A DNA stretch of 61,773 nucleotides, filler included, from Choristocarpus tenellus KU-1152 (taxonomy: Eukaryota; Protista; Phaeophyceae): NCBI GenBank assembly GCA_964200185.2. It is 9 parts of 9 records of this genome, joined end to end, with 100 filler letters (N's around TTAATTAATTAA, not from the genome) between each part and the next. Parts side by side here need not be neighbours in the genome. Positions count along the whole stretch, not along the records: positions 36,781 to 40,455 come from CAXNAD020018581.1; positions 40,556 to 43,631 come from CAXNAD020022491.1; positions 43,732 to 56,482 come from CAXNAD020001716.1; 6 more parts are not named here. The stretch is one strand, 5' to 3'. This document shows, piece after piece, positions 36,923 through 48,806 of the stretch (position 1 is the first letter of the stretch; each line of letters opens with the position of its first letter). A program made the position numbers and the translations under genes. The notes under the pieces are model-generated. The model was not told the origin of the DNA. It ran no database searches and was given only the letters and a program-made list of their open reading frames with translations.

Positions 36923-39900
36923 ATAATACTATACATGAAAAACAACACTGAGCACTGGAGTAAAATTGACTGCATGCAAGAGCTACCCATCACTATCGAA
37001 TCCAGTGTGATGCTGCCAAAGTCTAAGATGTGCTAAGGCACACTACTCTCAATGAGTGTCATGGCATGGTAGTAAAGGCCTCAAACATGTTAATACTGTT
37101 GTGTGCTACACCATCTGAAACTGCCCAATAAGATTAGATACTTGGACTTCTAACCAAGTGCCCGATGCACCTTTAGTGCTTCGTGCCACAGGATATCTTC
37201 AACAAAGAGGGAAACATACTGTCCAGAAAAATATCTGTCTTGAACAGGTGCCAAAAATATGATTTCACAATGGTCATCTTAACCCATTCCAGAAAGGAAC
37301 AGCACAACAGATTCATTTGCCCTAACCGGATCCTCAAGACCCACAAACCACGTCTTTGATATTGCATTAATCTACCCCCGGCCCCACCTTGTAATGTAGA
37401 CAAGAAATATCAAAGAAATTTCATCATGTAAATACCCTACAAGGCAGCTAATTGCTAATCACTTTGTCTCACCTATTGAGTTCTGGACTTAACAAAGAGG
37501 TGATGGGAAAGATGGCCAAAAGTGTCCCCAGTGCAAGTAGTACTACAATATGATTCCTCTCCTGCAAGAGAGGTCAACCATGGTGACAGGCAACAAGTGT
37601 TCAATGCCACCAGTGGAAAGTAGTTCATTGCTTTCTGAAAAAAAATAACATTTCTGCAATGAAACGCCTCTTTGAGCAACATCAGGTATCAGCAATGCTA
37701 GTTTACCTTGTGACCAGCACCATGAAAGATACCCCTCTAGACCGGTCTATAAGCACCTCAGCGACCACTATTCTTTTTGCAACTCACTGGAATTAGCCAG
37801 GGCAAAGCAAGCTTTGCATTGGGATGGAAGACCACTGCCAGGCGTATTGCACGTGATATGTACGTCCCTGCAGTGATCAGGACAAGGAAATATTCCATCT
37901 GCTCAAATATCAAGAGGATTGTTAGTGACAATAGCAGCTGTATTAGTCAGTACAATCACCCACGATTTTGGGTTAGTGTAGAGATATGCTTCAGGGAATA
38001 GCAGCATGATTCAAGTGCTTCATATTGGTTGGAGAAATAAAAACTCTTAAATTAGTGTGCCGGTATGATTGGTCTTGCTTAGAACACTATGCAGTATTCA
38101 TACAGATGCAGCTACTTGGCAGCCATTCTTGTGCTGAGATCTAAGGGGAATACTCTTTGGGGTAGACAGATCCGAAAAGTACAGCAAGTAGCAGCCTAGC
38201 AATGGATAATCAACCCCAGCGACCAAAACGGATCCATTACCTTGAGTTGAGATCTGGAACTGGGTGGTGAAAGATGTTGTTGATTGTGGGTGAATCAAAC
38301 GATTGGTATGGATTTTAGATGTACTTTTGTAGCAGTAGAAGTGCTTGTGCATAGGGATCAGGCAAGGAACACAATATCCTATTTTGAGCCTGCTTCTGGC
38401 TGCAAAAATACGAAATCAGAACCAGTACAACATGACAACAGGAACTATCTTGCACACAGTCTCTGTCATGCCGAAGTATTCAGAATTTTCCTTCCCCCTG
38501 ACAACATCTTCAAAATGTAAAATGTGGTTTTGCGAATTTGAAGAAGTCATGGTAAAACGTTTTAAATACCTTTTCAATCAACTTGATTCAACCATTGATA
38601 CACAAGGTGAGTGGTGCATAGCACCGTGAGACAAACATTCTCCCAGGTGATGAGGGGCTACAACAGAGGCACGATTTTCTTACCTGCACTCTTTTCAGTG
38701 CTCTTACTCCACTGAAATGAGCACGTTTTCCTGTGATATCTGAGACAGACTATTGCTTATGTTGTGTTCAATGATACTATAGAATATGTGGCTGACCTTT
38801 TGACCTGTGAAGAGCAAAGATGGGTTATCATGATTTGGATATACAACTCCCTTACACAGAGGATTGTAGGATGTGAGCATACAAGAGAATACAGATAACA
38901 AAGACAATCATGACAGACCTGTATTGCTTCAACTTCACAAAGTAAATTATGAACGAAAAAACGAAAGATACTAATGAAATTTCAAAGTATTCTTACCCAC
39001 TGACATACTGCAGATCTTGTCATGGACGAAACACAAAAAAACAAAGAGATAATGCAACAAACACAGTTTGTCTTAGCAACAGTGTCTGTGCTGCTTACAG
39101 TAATTAAGGCTTCTGGAAAATTAACCAGAGGTGAAGCATATTTGACAACAAGAGTGAATTCATCCACACGCACGGAATCTATATATAATAATTTTTTCAT
39201 TCGATGATAAAACTGATGAACATAGTAGACAATAAACAACTGATTAACTGAACTTTTTGGGGTATAATATCGGATAATTCCTAGTTGATCGTACTTGACC
39301 AATTGAACTGCCACGGTTCAGAACGCTTGCAACCAAGGACAAATTAATAGAAGAGACATTCGTTTGCGATGCCGTCGTCTTTCCTGCACATTATCAAAGT
39401 CTTCAAGCTCTTAACTCAGAATCATTATTGCTGTACATGTTTTCACACATCCCCTATCTCAACCTCTTCGAAAGAGTATCTCATCACCTCCCACATGTAC
39501 AGGCAGGGGGTCATTCATCACTACCTCCCATCCCGGCAACTGCTATCCTACTATATATTTTGAACTCTTATATCTTTTACCTCTCTATCGCCACTTCAAA
39601 ACAAACGATACCCCCCTGATACTATGCTCACACCCCAGTCATAGATATATCTAGAATACTTCCAACACTCTCAGATGTAATCATGTACACAGCTGCAGTG
39701 CAGCATTCAGAACACCCTGGCACAGTTGAGGCAAGGCTGATCAACTCTCACTCACCACATCGAACCAAGAGTGTGGACCGTCTATTGTCATTAGTACTGC
39801 AACTAGGTGACCAACGTTTGAAAGGAGATGGCCAAGTATAGAAACTCCCGACAATAATACCAGATAAGCTGACCTGTTCACATTGATGAGAGGACGCACA

Positions 39901-40555
39901 CAAAGAAGTGTCAATCACACAAAACCCAGACCCAAAAGTTGACACGCCGGCTGTATGTGACTACTACAAGTTGTGAGAAGCTTGCTGAACGTTCGCATGT
40001 AGTAGTAGTACCCAGTTCAGTTTTGAAAAGCCACAACAAAAGCATAGTCTGCTGCTTTCCCCTTCAATTCTATTGTCCATGGCAGTTGCCTTTCTGCTAA
40101 CACCATCACAGAGTTGAACCTCTAAACTCTGGCAAATTGAGCCTATCGCGGTTGTTGTTTTTTATGACCACGCTAAACAGTTACCCTCCCATTCCCCACA
40201 AGTAAGTTGCAGATTAATACCTTCTTACAATCCTCTGAGTTCAGCTAGCATGAACTTCTTAGAGGCCCTCGCCTGTCCGTGGTTATTCCCTGGTAGAACT
40301 TTACACGAGGCCATTATCCACCTACCTTGACCTTATATCGAAAACGCAACGTGCCTTGAAGAACCTCACCAGTACTACTGAACCCACCATCAGAAAAAGC
40401 GCGATGTCTACCAGACGGACTATGGCAAGAACTTCAATCAGTTCGGGAATATTCCNNNNNNNNNNNNNNNNNNNNNNNNNNNNNNNNNNNNNNNNNNNNT
40501 TAATTAATTAANNNNNNNNNNNNNNNNNNNNNNNNNNNNNNNNNNNNNNNNNNNN

Positions 40556-40712
40556 TGTTTCTGACGTGTACTAGAGATACGTTGAGTCATTTGGTATTCT
40601 GAGTCATTAAGTGTAAGGACTGGTGAGCCCCACCTAGTGAAGGTATCTCACTCTCTTCTCAACTGTGGTACAAGTTAATAAACAATAATACAACTAGTTG
40701 TGTGGGACAACA
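40556..40712 (+). mobile_element. Possible short solo LTR
   Basis: TGTT...AACA termini and an AATAAA signal near 40677. It directly precedes gag-like sequence. The left flank is a gap, so no TSD can be checked. Confidence 0.3.
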
Positions 40713-42923
40713 GATCGTTAAGGACAGCTTAACAAGGCCTTTATTGCAGGGCTTAAACCCCCTGCGTTTAAGGCTGAAATTTCAAGGAATGTAGCTTTGG
40801 ACCCTGAGCTCAAAAAGGATCCAGACCAGATCTTTGAGCTGGTAAAGGAGGAAGCTGAAAATTGGAGAACTTATGAGAGGGTCCAGGCATATGAAACAAA
40901 ATGAACCAAGTAAGGTGAACCTGGTGGCAAGCACCAATAGGGGAAGCCTAAGTTTGGGGAAACGAATGGCAAGCCAGGGGAAGGCACACACGGTAGTGGA
41001 CTGAGTGTGAGGAAGAACAAGTTCCAAGGGACATGTGATGCATGTAGAAAAGTTGAGTATAAACATGCTCAATGCCGAAGCTTGCTGGTTGGAGTCCGGA
41101 AGGAGCAGTAGCATCAGCAGCAGGGGCATCCACAGCATCATGGTAGAGGAACAGACCCTGAGAGGGATCTGAACCAGGGCAAAGACTACAACCTGGGGGT
41201 CCCAGACCGCAATCCTCAACCGTAGGGGGAGGAGCAAGCCATCTAGGTGCAGCCCAAGCTACAAGGAGCCAGCAGGGGCTAGCTCCACAGCCTGCTACCG
41301 AGTTTTGGCAAGGCACTGGTGGTGGGATTACGAGTGGCAGGGCAGTGAGGGTCGATGAGATGGTTCCTGATTATGCGTATCATGGGATGCCTAGGCTGCC
41401 ACCAAGCCCGGATCCCAACGTCAATCCTTGTGCAGGCCATACATGAGGATGTGTCCCTAGCTACGGAAGGGGTGGATGTAGAAAGGTTGAGCTAACATGG
41501 TACAGCAGATGTAACACCAGTGGGGGTCAATATACATGGGAGTTGCCTTTCAGTATGAATGCCCTGATGGACCCAGGGTCAGGGATCACAGGCATACCTG
41601 AGAGCCTGGTGAAAAAAAAGCAGCAGCAGCATTTTGGTGGAGCAGCACTAACGAAGTCCCTCCACCATCCGTTCCCCATATGAGATAACAAATGGTTTGT
41701 CTGAGTCCATAGGGAACGTGACCTTTGCAAAAGAGAACTATTCCAATAGAGTCTTTGCATTTATGTGGTATGGATGTATCTATTAGCGGAGTGAGCACAG
41801 CCCTCGGTGGTGGGGGGTGCTCTCTCTTTTTATCTTATTGTTTATTGCATATGTCAGCTGACATATCAAAACGTGTCCTGCCGTTACATCGTACTATGTC
41901 AGTAATCCTCCATCAGTCCATTTATATCAAGCAATAAGAAATCAATCATCTGAGACCCGAACTTATTACTCTAAGTACACGAAAACAAGTCAATGACACT
42001 TGTTCCACTTAGTCAACATTCTTGTTGTCTAATAGTGGTCACTAAAAAGCTATAAACCATATAGACTACCAGTCTATATTGCACATGACCCATCCCTAAA
42101 ATGTGACATTGCACTCGGGCCATGGGCCCGTGGTGGTGAGAAATTTTGTATTGGCAGTTATATCAGGCAATGATGATATGTTAATTGTGGGCAGCAAGAC
42201 ATTGCGGGATGTGTTAGGCTTTGAAATGAAGCAATCCTTCGAGGAGGAGGCCCGAAGGAAGACAGAACTGCACATCACAGTTCTGGAACAAGATATTACT
42301 TCTATATGGCGTATGAGTGTTAGTGTGGAGGTGGTGCAGGAGAGCATGGGGACTGTTCATCTGGACAGAGGCGATGACTCTGTCTCTACACTGCTGGAGC
42401 AAGACCCTGAGCTCCTGATGGATCCTGAAGAGGAGGAAAAAAAACGGGACTTGGCCTTAGAAACCGCGTTTCAAGAGGCACAACGGGCCAGGATGCCCTT
42501 GGGTGCCTGGGGGCGCCTACAACAAGTGATAGCAACCCGGACCAATGTGTTCCGGGTATTCTTGGGGCGTGACCCACCTGCCAAGGTGGAGCCCATTAGG
42601 GTGGTGCTGAAGTTAGGGGCGACTCCTCTGAACACCAGACTCAGGGCATCCCGTCCGAAGTGATGGAGCTGGATGACAGGATTTGTGGGCCTGTTGTTCG
42701 TACTGGGGATGCTGAGGTGGATCCCACAGGCTGTATGGAGCAACCCATCATTGCCTTCCCCAACCCTGAGGGGTGGGGCTACCAGCTGGTGACGGATTTC
42801 AGCGCGGGGAACATTGTCTCACAGGCGGTGGAGCTCTCACACCCCACAGAGGAGTGTGCTGTGCTGATGTCTCCAGAAGCCTCTGACAAGCATTGGGGGT
42901 ATTTTGTTACACAGATCCCTCAG
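40713..42923 (+). mobile_element. Second decayed, internally deleted Ty3/Gypsy remnant (gag, protease, RT start, RNase H fragment)
   Basis: Gag-like IAGLKPPAFKAEI...FELVKEEAENW and knuckle GTCDACRKVEYKHAQC; protease ALMDPGSGIT and DMLIVGSKTLRDVLG; FRVFLGRDPPAKVEPIRVVLK; YQLVTDF; LSHP...EASDKHWGYFVTQIP. Interrupted at about 41790-42095 and by a MITE at 42924. Confidence 0.75.
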
Positions 42924-43182
42924 GAGTGAAAATATCTTAGAGGGTACGAGATTTGCCCTATTTGTCCATTTGGGGCTTGGCTTCCCATGGATTCTTTTAT
43001 GACATTTTCCTACCCCAAAATATTTAGGTGTAGGTATAGTGTGTATGTTGTGAAAAGGTGTGTCCGGAATATGGATGTTGACACTTTCTAACAAACACAA
43101 TAGCCAAAATTGCGTCAAAATGGCAATGTTGGATTTTGACCCCCAAATGGACGCGGCTCCACCCTCTAAGATACTTTGTCTC
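42924..43182. mobile_element. MITE family A, full copy at the edge of the Gypsy remnant
   Basis: Collinear with 14291-14549 and flanked by CTCAG...CTCAG. Confidence 0.85.
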
Positions 43183-45791
43183 CTCAGACAGGAGAGACGG
43201 TGATAAGAGATATAACTGGGCTTCAACGGCCAGCCTTCCCCACCAGGGACCACAACCCACGCCCATCCCAACAACAACGTCAGCTCACACCAGAACACTG
43301 TGCAATATGTTTTCCCGAGATACAACAGTCAGTATTCCCTTTTTCCTGGACACACTCACTGGATCTGGGCTGTGACTCGGCTCTATTCCTCCACGCCAGA
43401 CCCCTGCATCCCATCCTGTTCCCCACCTGCCGCACCCCTGTCAGCCCAGAACACTACTACGCTGCCATGGAGAGGAGTGTGGGAACCGAACCCGTGCTGG
43501 AATCCATCCTCTCACAATCGTCCTCCCACCCTTTGCCATCCCACTATTCCGCCTGCTCTCCATTCCATGCCCCCACCCCCCAGCCCCTCGCCCTTGACCC
43601 AATGTATCTGGGGGAGGGTGGGGGGTCTACANNNNNNNNNNNNNNNNNNNNNNNNNNNNNNNNNNNNNNNNNNNNTTAATTAATTAANNNNNNNNNNNNN
43701 NNNNNNNNNNNNNNNNNNNNNNNNNNNNNNNTGGTGCTACCTCTCGATTGTCTTTACATTTATGTCTGCTGAACATGTGCACCACCTCTTGGTGTTCGTA
43801 TGTGCTGGTTGGCTCTGGTTCCCCTATCATAGTAGATGGTAGGCAACCCAGATGTGCATCAAAGATGCTTCTTTACATCTATGGTGAGCAGGGTCCATGC
43901 ATGCTGTGAGTGGCTTCTCTTAAATTTGAATTGAAAAATCTTAGGCAAGGTGTTAATGGAGGCAAGTGGAAGTTGGCAACCCCATGATACTGTTAAATAG
44001 AGTTATGCCAATTGTGCATTACACTCCATTTGACAGGTCCCCGTCCCCACTCCCTTCTGCACCTTTTCTCCTGGTTTAAGGCATGCCAAGTTTTTTTTTA
44101 GTTTTTGTGTATTTTTTATGTTTTGCAGTGAGGTTGTGGTACATAAAACATCTACTGACAGAGTGTTTAAAATGTTGATGATTCCAACCTATTGATACAT
44201 TACTCTCCTACACCTCGGCATTTGTGTGGGACCAGTCCAGCAGAACGAGAGATGTGAGATGATAGAAGTAGTTCAAGTGCACCACAATCTTGATTTAACG
44301 AGATGAATATAAGCTACCTGTCAATGTTTCTCCTCTTTTCCCAGGTCAGTTTGGCGAAATGTATCATGAAAAAAGATGTCCTGCATTACTCCACTAGGTA
44401 TTGAAGCTTCAAAAGTAAACTCTTTCTGTTTATCAATGAGATTGGTGATTCAGATGTACATACAATAACTGGACCTGGTACAAAAGTGTATGTTGTGTGA
44501 CCGGTTTGTGCTACAAAGCCAGAAGGGTTTAACAAGAGAAAAATGTCATACGAATGTCAGAATCTTTGAGATAAGTCACTCTCAGGGTATACCTTCTGTG
44601 GAAGATGGCTCTCACATCACCTCTAAATTAGGTCCAAGGTGGGTAGGTGTAACAAGTTTAAGATACGGTACAATGTAAGGTAAAGAAATGTCACTGGAGG
44701 TGAGTATCACTCAGAGTAGTACAGCTGATCCAGTCATTCAGAGTTCAACCAGATCCGTCCAGTGAGTCTAGGTTCCCTTTGTACCAAACCTGCCAATATA
44801 TTCCTGCCTTGATAAGGGTTCTTGACATTGCCATGTAAGCACAATACCAATTTCAGGCATTTTGTAGGAGTTCTCTTCGAACCTGGATGTGATCCTAATA
44901 GTGAAGCAGGTACTGTTGAAAACCCTGGACTACTCCGGTTCAATTAGTAGTACCTTGATGTGCCTTCAGAACTGAACCTTTGCCTGGCACCAACTTGGCA
45001 GAGAAGTGTACTGTACGAAGCTCTGAACTTTTTCAGTACATGTAAGGTCTCTATCTGCATGCTTTCAATGTCAAGCGTTTAATATGTGCTATGATTCATA
45101 TCTACACTGTCAAGATATGTGAATAGTCTAATAACCGTTTCTTTCTTGCTTTTATACAGGTATTAGTTTTTGCCATGAGTTCCACCCAGTGCCTATGTTG
45201 AACTGGCGTCTTTTCGATCTCTTCAGATTTTTTTTTAATGTAACATCACACTGGGGGTGGGATGCATATCCATTAGCTTTCTTACATGCTTTTGGTTTCT
45301 GTCTATAAAATGCTGAAAATGGTTCTCATTAAAAAAGTGGACACAATCGGTAAGACAATTTCCTCCATGAGATCCAAAGACACCAAATGGAAGCCAGTCT
45401 ACAACACAAACAGGAGAAATCCATGCATGGAAACTATTAAACAGAACATGTGTGGGTTTAGGGGTGGGGAGGTTAGGGAGGGGGGGGGGGGGGGAATTTT
45501 GTCAAATTTGTTTAGGGTTAAGCATGAACGATGAAAATGCATTTGTAAGGTATTCATCCCAAATCTAAGGCTCTTCAATTGAAAATATGAGGATATACTG
45601 GCGAAGACCAAGAAATGATCACACATGTTATGTTTCATAAGGTACTGCTCCATACCCCTCTAGCATGTGACGCTTACCGTGCATTACACTTTCCCCTTAC
45701 TCTTTGTAAGAGGTCCATTTGCCCTGCATGCACGCTCTACTCCACAACCATGGAAAACTTCTTTATGGACAAAAGTTGATCTATGCACTCA

Positions 45792-48633
45792 TTAATAAAA
45801 GCCCCGTGCCTCACGGAATTCCTTGAGTAATCTATTCATCTCTTCGTCTTTGCTATCATCTCTGCCTATTTCACGCTGCAGGGAGTCCCCCGGTCGCTTG
45901 GACTGTATGTTGGCTATCTCAGTATTGATTGATCCCTGCTCCAAGAGAATCTTCAAGACCTCTACCTAGCCAGCATCGAAGTTGAACATTACACCCACCA
46001 TAGAACAGGAAATGTGCGAGATTGGGAAAAAAACCCATCACGCCAGAACACATACATGGCAGGAGACAAGGCGTGGGTGGGAAGGGGAGCACGTGAGCTA
46101 TGGAGATACATTTTGTTACTTACATTATTCAAATTCACACTAGTTCAAGGGATTTCCAGACCTGTGGTCAAGAGGTAGCCAGAGGAGAGAGAAGAAAAAA
46201 AAGACTGAAAAAAGATTGAAAGAAAAATGAAATCGAAAAACTCCATGGAGGTTAAGAGAAAGAGGGGCAACAAAGATCTAGAAACTACTCACCAGCATCC
46301 ACTACCTTGGGTAGTATGTCATCCACGCCACCGACATCGCCAAGGCCCAATTGGGAAAAAATAAAACTCAGTGTCACACAGAGTCTGTTCATCCGAATAT
46401 AACTTATCACATGTGTGGTATCACAAAAAAAATAGATGCAAAAATAAATTAAATCAAGAGAAAAGAGATCGACGAGAAAGGCACTAGTGAGTGGGTATGC
46501 GCACTGCTCTGCTCGAGCCGCCTTAGGTGCTACCTTCTTTGGCACGACATTGCATCAGTCATCATGAATTCTCTTGCATGTCACTCGTTCATGATGCAAA
46601 TGGCTCCATCAACCATACATGCGCACCACCTGTTTTGATTTCCTGAGGTTATGTGCCACCCCTCAATCACGATTCCAAACTCCTCGAGATCGTAGGAACT
46701 ACTCTTATCTGACTGTTGAGCAGCATACAACAAAGTCAGTAATGCATCCTTCCCTTCAATCTTAGGCTCCCTCAAGTGGTTCAGGAACTGTTTACCATAG
46801 CTACTTTATGCGACCCCACTCTGCTTCTAACTGTCTGGTCTTCCTGGCTCAGTCACCTGTCCCCAATAGTAGGCTGAGTTTAACGCCGTGTCACCCATGT
46901 TGTCAGTGACGTTGATGTTGGCCCCTGCTTCCTCTACAAGATACCGCACAATGCTGTATGTCAGAGTAACAAAATCACGGGTGGAAGGAGAGAAACACCT
47001 TTACTGAATATTCTTTTGTAGAGTCAATGTCTCTCAACCTGGTCAAACATTGAAATAGAATGTGTTGGTCTTAGCTAGAACAAAATCGAGGTAGAACTCT
47101 ACAGTACACTGAAGTAGCATTATTATTGGTGCACAAACTTGAAGTTGTCTTAGAGTTAATTGAAATCACACACAGAAGAAATACGAAACAAGCAGCAGGT
47201 CTTATCCATTTGTGGTTGACAAACCAAACAGGTTTCGAAAGCACTTACAAAGGCATCTGGTTGAGGATGGGAAGACTGAGGGTTGTAGGACACTTTGGGT
47301 TCCTAAAAAATGTCTTCTAACAGGGGAGTTTGTCTCTTGTGATCATACAGTGGTCCTTTGTATATGCCATCACCTTGCATAGCCCTTGACACTTGCTGCA
47401 ATAAGGGGGGTTTGCCCTCCATGGAAGCTTGGGTAGTTGACGTTGGCATCCTCAGCAGATGTGAGCAGCTAGAAAAGGCACATGCAGGTGCAATGGTTCA
47501 AAGAGGAAATTTAACCTCATAAGCCTCATCAAGGGTACAAGCACGCATGAAAGAAAATACTTGTGCTGCATGAAAGTTTGCCCGTATGGTGTGGTGTCCT
47601 ATGTCTTTGGTCCGACAAAAATACCAGCAGAACAGAGCAAACGAATCCTCGACAGAATTCCCACCAAGCAAAACACATATTAAATGCTTTGGAAACCAAC
47701 GCTTATGAGCTCAAGAGACAGACCCATATCTGCCCTACCTTCACCAGCTCCAAGTTGTTCGTTTCGACAGCGGACACCAGGGAAGGAACCCCTAATGCGC
47801 TAGCCACGTGAACTGGCCCCCCTCTGGCTAGGTATGCACGGGCGCCCTTTACATCCTCCTCGAAAATATAGTCAAAAAGAGAGCGATCTAACATCCGAAA
47901 TAGGCAACACAGGGAGGGGATGGAGTGATACATCATATTCTGCGAAGAGATATGACACTAGGGGATAGTTGTGCAAGCCCCTCACTCTGGCTACAAACTT
48001 GTTAGCGATCTAGTTTTGATCGATGTAACAAGGCGGATGCTGTAGATATCCTAACGACCACAGAAATATGCTTAGATCTTCCGAATATATTCTCCTTGCC
48101 TAATTGCAGCATCTTCGGTTTTACACTAGAAAGATCCCTCTCGCTTACCATCTTCGTAGTCGTCGGACATTGCCATCCTAGAGCTCAATTGTCGAAAGCT
48201 TAGTGTCCAGGAACCAGGAAAAATTGGACTTGTATCGGTTCTTGTGCACCGGAAGCTCTGATGGTTAATTAAAGGAGTGCAGTGAGACAACTTCCAAGGA
48301 ATATTAACTTGTATTGAGCTCCTTCCATGCTCCAATCCTGGTCATTCTCGCGTTTCATTCGAACTCATCTCCCATCAACAGCATCTAGTTTCACACGAAA
48401 GCAAATGGTCGTAGTTATTTAGTTGGTCCTCTACTTCCTACCCCAATTCCCATACTTTCTACGCAACACCATATTTGTCCTTGAACATGTGAACGAGTTT
48501 GATGAGACAGACAAGCCATGCGCCAACGAACCTTTCGAAAAACACTACCACGTTGCAGCATAGGGACGAACGCCATAGATTGTAAACAGAAACCGAGTGC
48601 ACTCAAGCACACTCCTATCACGGAGAGCTTCAT
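45792..48633 (-). CDS. Ankyrin-repeat protein (~241 aa) with a bipartite plastid-targeting presequence
   Basis: Exons 48633-48532, 48257-48149, 47887-47739, 47468-47374, 46953-46857 and 45965-45792 join in frame (726 nt). N-terminus MKLSVIGVCLSALGFCLQSMA|FVP is a signal peptide plus ASAFAP-like site. Ankyrin motifs: GGQTPLFAASVKGYASIVRYLVEEAGANINVTDNMGDTALNSAYYWGQVEVLKILLEQG. Confidence 0.9.
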
Positions 48634-48806
48634 TGCCCAAGTCAGTGTAACCACTAGTGTGTGTTCGATGGTGTGATCGGATCGAGCGGAGTTGGACATG
48701 ACAAGTACAGTAGGCGTTTGTACTCTGTAACTGTTCCCAAACCAACATTATTTGGAATGCAACAGACCAGGATTGGACTCCACTGCCAAACCTTTGCAAA
48801 GGAACC
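48634..48806. promoter_or_regulatory. Putative bidirectional promoter between two divergent start codons
   Basis: Only 173 bp separate the ankyrin ATG (48633, minus) from the DRC10 ATG (48807, plus). Confidence 0.6.
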
